This document shows positions 46,967 through 47,683 of a DNA stretch of 47,683 nucleotides, piece by piece. Both the position numbers and the translations under genes were made by a program. The stretch covers positions 32,601 through 80,283 of the forward strand of contig MU271352.1 of NCBI GenBank assembly GCA_021432655.1, in the 5' to 3' direction. The first letter of the stretch is position 1, and every line of letters begins with the position of its first letter. The notes below the pieces were generated by a model that was given only the letters and a program-made list of their open reading frames with translations, searched no databases and was not told where the DNA came from. This DNA comes from Atractiella rhizophila. Its lineage: Eukaryota.

Positions 46967-47683
46967 GTCTTCTTTTGTCACTGGATGATTGCTAGATAGG
47001 TCAAACGCCTCGGCGCTTCTGCGCTTCAGCTGAGTGGAGAGGCGCGCTCCTTAAAACTTGTGTGTGAATGAATGAATGATCTGGAACCTCTGGCATGATG
47101 CTCTTAGACTTTCAGGCACCACATGAAGCGCACGATGAAGGATTCGGGCACGATGAAGAATTCGGATGAGAAACCCACCTATTGACTGAGGATAAAGAAT
47201 CGACCACCTCCACTTCGAAGCACTCTATCGCCGAGTTCGGCTCAGCCGATAGTTGGTCCCAGGCACAAGAACAATGAAAGCAACTCTGGGAACAATCTTC
47301 AGTACGTCTCCTTCTCCCCGTTTCGGTGGAGCGTTCTTTCTTCTGCTGTGTTCAATCGAGCCAAGAACATGCTCGCATCTCAAGCGCAACCCCTTGACTC
47401 GCATGCATAGTGGGAAAACACCCCATACACTCACTCTCTTTATTCCATGAAAGAATACAGAGCATGAAAACTTTCACGGCACCTTCCACCCCATGGTAGA
47501 GGATTCAGCAAGCATTTTCACATGCTATCCCAGGACGCAACACTTTGCGACCAGTCAAGACAATACACAGGAAATAACCCCTGCTTATGTCCAGTTCGAC
47601 CAATCGGATTCACCGGTCCGAAGTTCTATGTACTGTGAAGGAGTAGTACCCCTTTGACTCAGGATTCCTGACATAGTGAGTGG

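Noticed and set aside
1..47683. tRNA, rRNA or other structured RNA genes
   Set aside because: None recognised by eye. tRNAscan-SE and Infernal/Rfam would be needed to exclude them.

Overview
Eukaryotic, intron-rich fungal DNA; short GT-AG introns, DUF6533 proteins and the S41 peptidase type point to a basidiomycete. Bases 1-7720 are a nest of Ty3/gypsy LTR retrotransposons. A decayed minus-strand element (5' LTR 7216-7720, gag, protease, RT, start of RNase H) sits in an S41-peptidase pseudogene. It is interrupted by a solo LTR (4507-4989) and by the 3' end of a related plus-strand element (PPT plus LTR 3172-3660), which carries a spliced antisense accessory gene with a six-Cys motif. The rest is gene-dense: two short Zn2Cys6-type paralogues, a Pho80/Pcl-type cyclin, a ZNFX1-like helicase and a SAM methyltransferase bracketed by two convergent F-box paralogues, a membrane-anchored GH5 exo-glucanase, head-to-head NOP16 and RPN8, and three tandem DUF6533 membrane-protein genes. 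The best candidates for an undescribed system are the retrotransposon's antisense intron-containing gene and the F-box/ZNFX1/methyltransferase/F-box block. All family calls come from motif recognition by eye; no searches were run, and exon boundaries are manual predictions.
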